From: Macrostomum lignano
Lineage: Eukaryota
Direction of reading: 5' to 3'
DNA: 64,000 nt
NCBI GenBank assembly: GCA_002269645.1
Contig: NIVC01003439.1
Span: forward strand, 33,454-97,453
Shown: piece after piece, positions 62,401 to 64,000 of the stretch
Layout: the number at the start of each line of letters is the position of its first letter
Numbering within the stretch: the stretch's first letter is position 1
The notes under the pieces: generated by a model
Seen by the model: the letters and a program-made list of their open reading frames with translations, nothing else
Databases searched by the model: none
What the model was told of the DNA's origin: nothing
Translations under genes and position numbers: made by a program

Positions 62401-62849
62401 AAGTCTGTCAAGTCTGTAAGTCTGTCAAATCTGTCAAGTCTGTAAGTCTGTCAAGTCTGTAAGTCTGTCAAGTCTGTCAAATCTGTAAGTCTGTCAAGTC
62501 TGTAAGTCTGTAAGTCTGTCAAGTCTGTAAATCTGTCAAGTCTGTAAGTTTTTCAGTCTGTAAGCCTGTCAGACCCAGCCCCAATCGAACTTTCCAGTCG
62601 TACAGGAAGAGCGGCAGCGCCGAGAGCAGAGAAGCTGAGCAGGAGGAGCGTCAGAGGCAGCTGGAGGCTGAGAAGCAGCTGAAAGACAAGAAGGGCCGGA
62701 AGGACCAGAAAGGGGACAAGAAGGCCGCAGCCGCCGCCGCCGCCGCCGCCGCCGCTGCATCCGCCGCTGAGTCAACGAGCAAGAGTCACCCAGTCCAGCC
62801 TCCCGTCTCCATCACGGTGCACTCACCAGACCACGACGAGGAAATTCTG
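59440..62849 (+). CDS. Synaptotagmin-like/rabphilin-family protein, N-terminal Rab-binding (SHD/FYVE_2) region; frameshifted as assembled and continuing beyond the window
   Basis: Exon 1 (to ~59890) gives FTT-EEKVQLDNLLQRLL-QEADERRRE. Exon 2 (60420-60759) gives CELCGSRL...LACRSC...CRLCRLEVLNAAKSGDWF...SGQDILLASL. Exon 3 (~62598-62849) is E/K/Q/A-rich. The Cys pairs plus SGxWF are hallmarks of Slp/rabphilin domains, but several frame switches are needed and the start codon is uncertain. Confidence 0.75.
59900..60395. repeat. Degenerate TGTC-rich intronic array
   Basis: Variants of CTGTCTCAGTGTCTGTCCGCCTGC fill intron 1. Confidence 0.9.
60785..61590. repeat. 19-20-bp intronic minisatellite
   Basis: Unit GTGTGCCAGTTGCCATTCTA. 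Confidence 0.95.
62205..62570. repeat. 8-9-bp intronic repeat
   Basis: AAGTCTGT and AAGTCTGTC units. Confidence 0.92.
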
Positions 62850-62924
62850 GTAAGAACGTAGCTTTCCTGCCAGAAATGGATGCATGTTAATATGTTTTCC
62901 TTGAAGTGTTATTGAAAGTTTTCA

Positions 62925-63915
62925 ATATCGGTTTGATGTCGGTGTGGTTTCACGATGTCGGTGTCAGTTTCTCGATGTCGGTTTCTCGATGTCGGTTTCT
63001 CGATGTCGGTTTCTCGATGTCGGTTTCTCGATGTCGGTTTCTTGATGTCGGTTTCTCGTTTCTCGAAAAATGGTGTCGGTTTCTTGATTTGTGTCGGTCG
63101 GTTTCTCGATGTCGGTTTCTCGATGTCGGTTTCTCCATGTCGGTTTCTTGATGTCGGTTTCTTGATGTCGGTTTCTCGATGTCGGTTTCTCGATGTCGGT
63201 TTCTAGTTTCTCGAAAAATGGTGTCGGTTTCTTGATTTGTGTCGGTCGGTTTCTCGATGTCGTGTCGGTTTGTCGATGTCGATGTCGGTTTCTCGATGTC
63301 GGTTTCTCGATGTCGGTTCTTGATGTCGGTTTCTTGATGTGGGTTTCTCGATGTCGGTTTCTCGTTTTCTCGAAAAATGGTGTCGGTTTCTTGATTTGTG
63401 TCGGTCGGTTTCTCGATGTCGGTTTCTCGATGTCGTTTTCTTGATGTCGGTTTCTTGATGTCGGTTTCTCGATGTCGGTTTCTCGATGTCAGTTTCTCGT
63501 TTCTCGAAAAATGGTGTCGGTTTCTTGATTTGTGTCGGTCGGTTTCTCGATGTCGGTGTCGGTTTGTCGATGTCGATGTCGGTCTTTCGATGTCGGTGTC
63601 GGTTTCTCGATGTCGGTTTCTCGATGTCTGTCGGTTTCTCGATGTCGGTTTCTTGTTTCTCAATGTTCGGGTGTCGGTTTCTCGATGTCGATGTCGGTTT
63701 CTTGATGTCGATTTCTCGTTTCCCGAAAAACTGTGTCGGTTTCTTCATGTCTGTGTCGGTTTCTCGATGTCGGTGTCGGTTTGTTGATGTCGGTGTCGGT
63801 TGTCGATGTCGGTATCGGTTTCTCGATGTCGGTGTCGGTTTCTCGATGTCGGTTTCTTGTTTCTCTATGTTTTTTCGCCTTCTCGATGTCAGTGTTGTTT
63901 TACAATATCGGTGTC
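62925..63915. repeat. 14-bp intronic minisatellite with higher-order variants
   Basis: Unit TTTCTCGATGTCGG, with a recurring AAAAATGGTGTCGGTTTCTTGATTTGTGTCGG block. Confidence 0.95.
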
Positions 63916-64000
63916 GGTTTTTCAATGGTAAATTAAAAAAATTTAAATCTGAATTTTGAACTGCGCAGCCGACGACTCGTGTCCATGGCCGGTCAAAACC

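Overview
This window is eukaryotic, repeat-rich animal DNA. The Q/A/P-homopolymer proteins, minisatellite-filled introns and intron-poor conserved genes resemble a free-living flatworm such as Macrostomum; that assignment is inference only. Most ORFs in the supplied track are artefacts of tandem repeats. Supported genes: (1) a large low-complexity nuclear protein with AT-hook, SV40-like NLS and PxDLS motifs (minus, ~9-13 kb); (2) intronless RPS6; (3) a four-exon CEP104; (4) an intronless R3H-SUZ protein of the R3HDM/ARPP21/encore family; (5) the 5' part of a synaptotagmin-like/rabphilin gene carrying several frameshifts. Between about 37 and 49.7 kb lies an AT-rich, CpG-depleted transposon graveyard. 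It holds a young deleted mariner, an old mariner whose differences from the young copy run mostly G>A/C>T, and, nested in the old mariner, an apparently intact hAT transposon with 6-bp TSD and a 3-intron transposase. Also present are several hAT-type MITEs (two carrying internal satellites), a tRNA-derived SINE family and about 20 distinct tandem arrays. All coordinates were read by eye and no searches were run.
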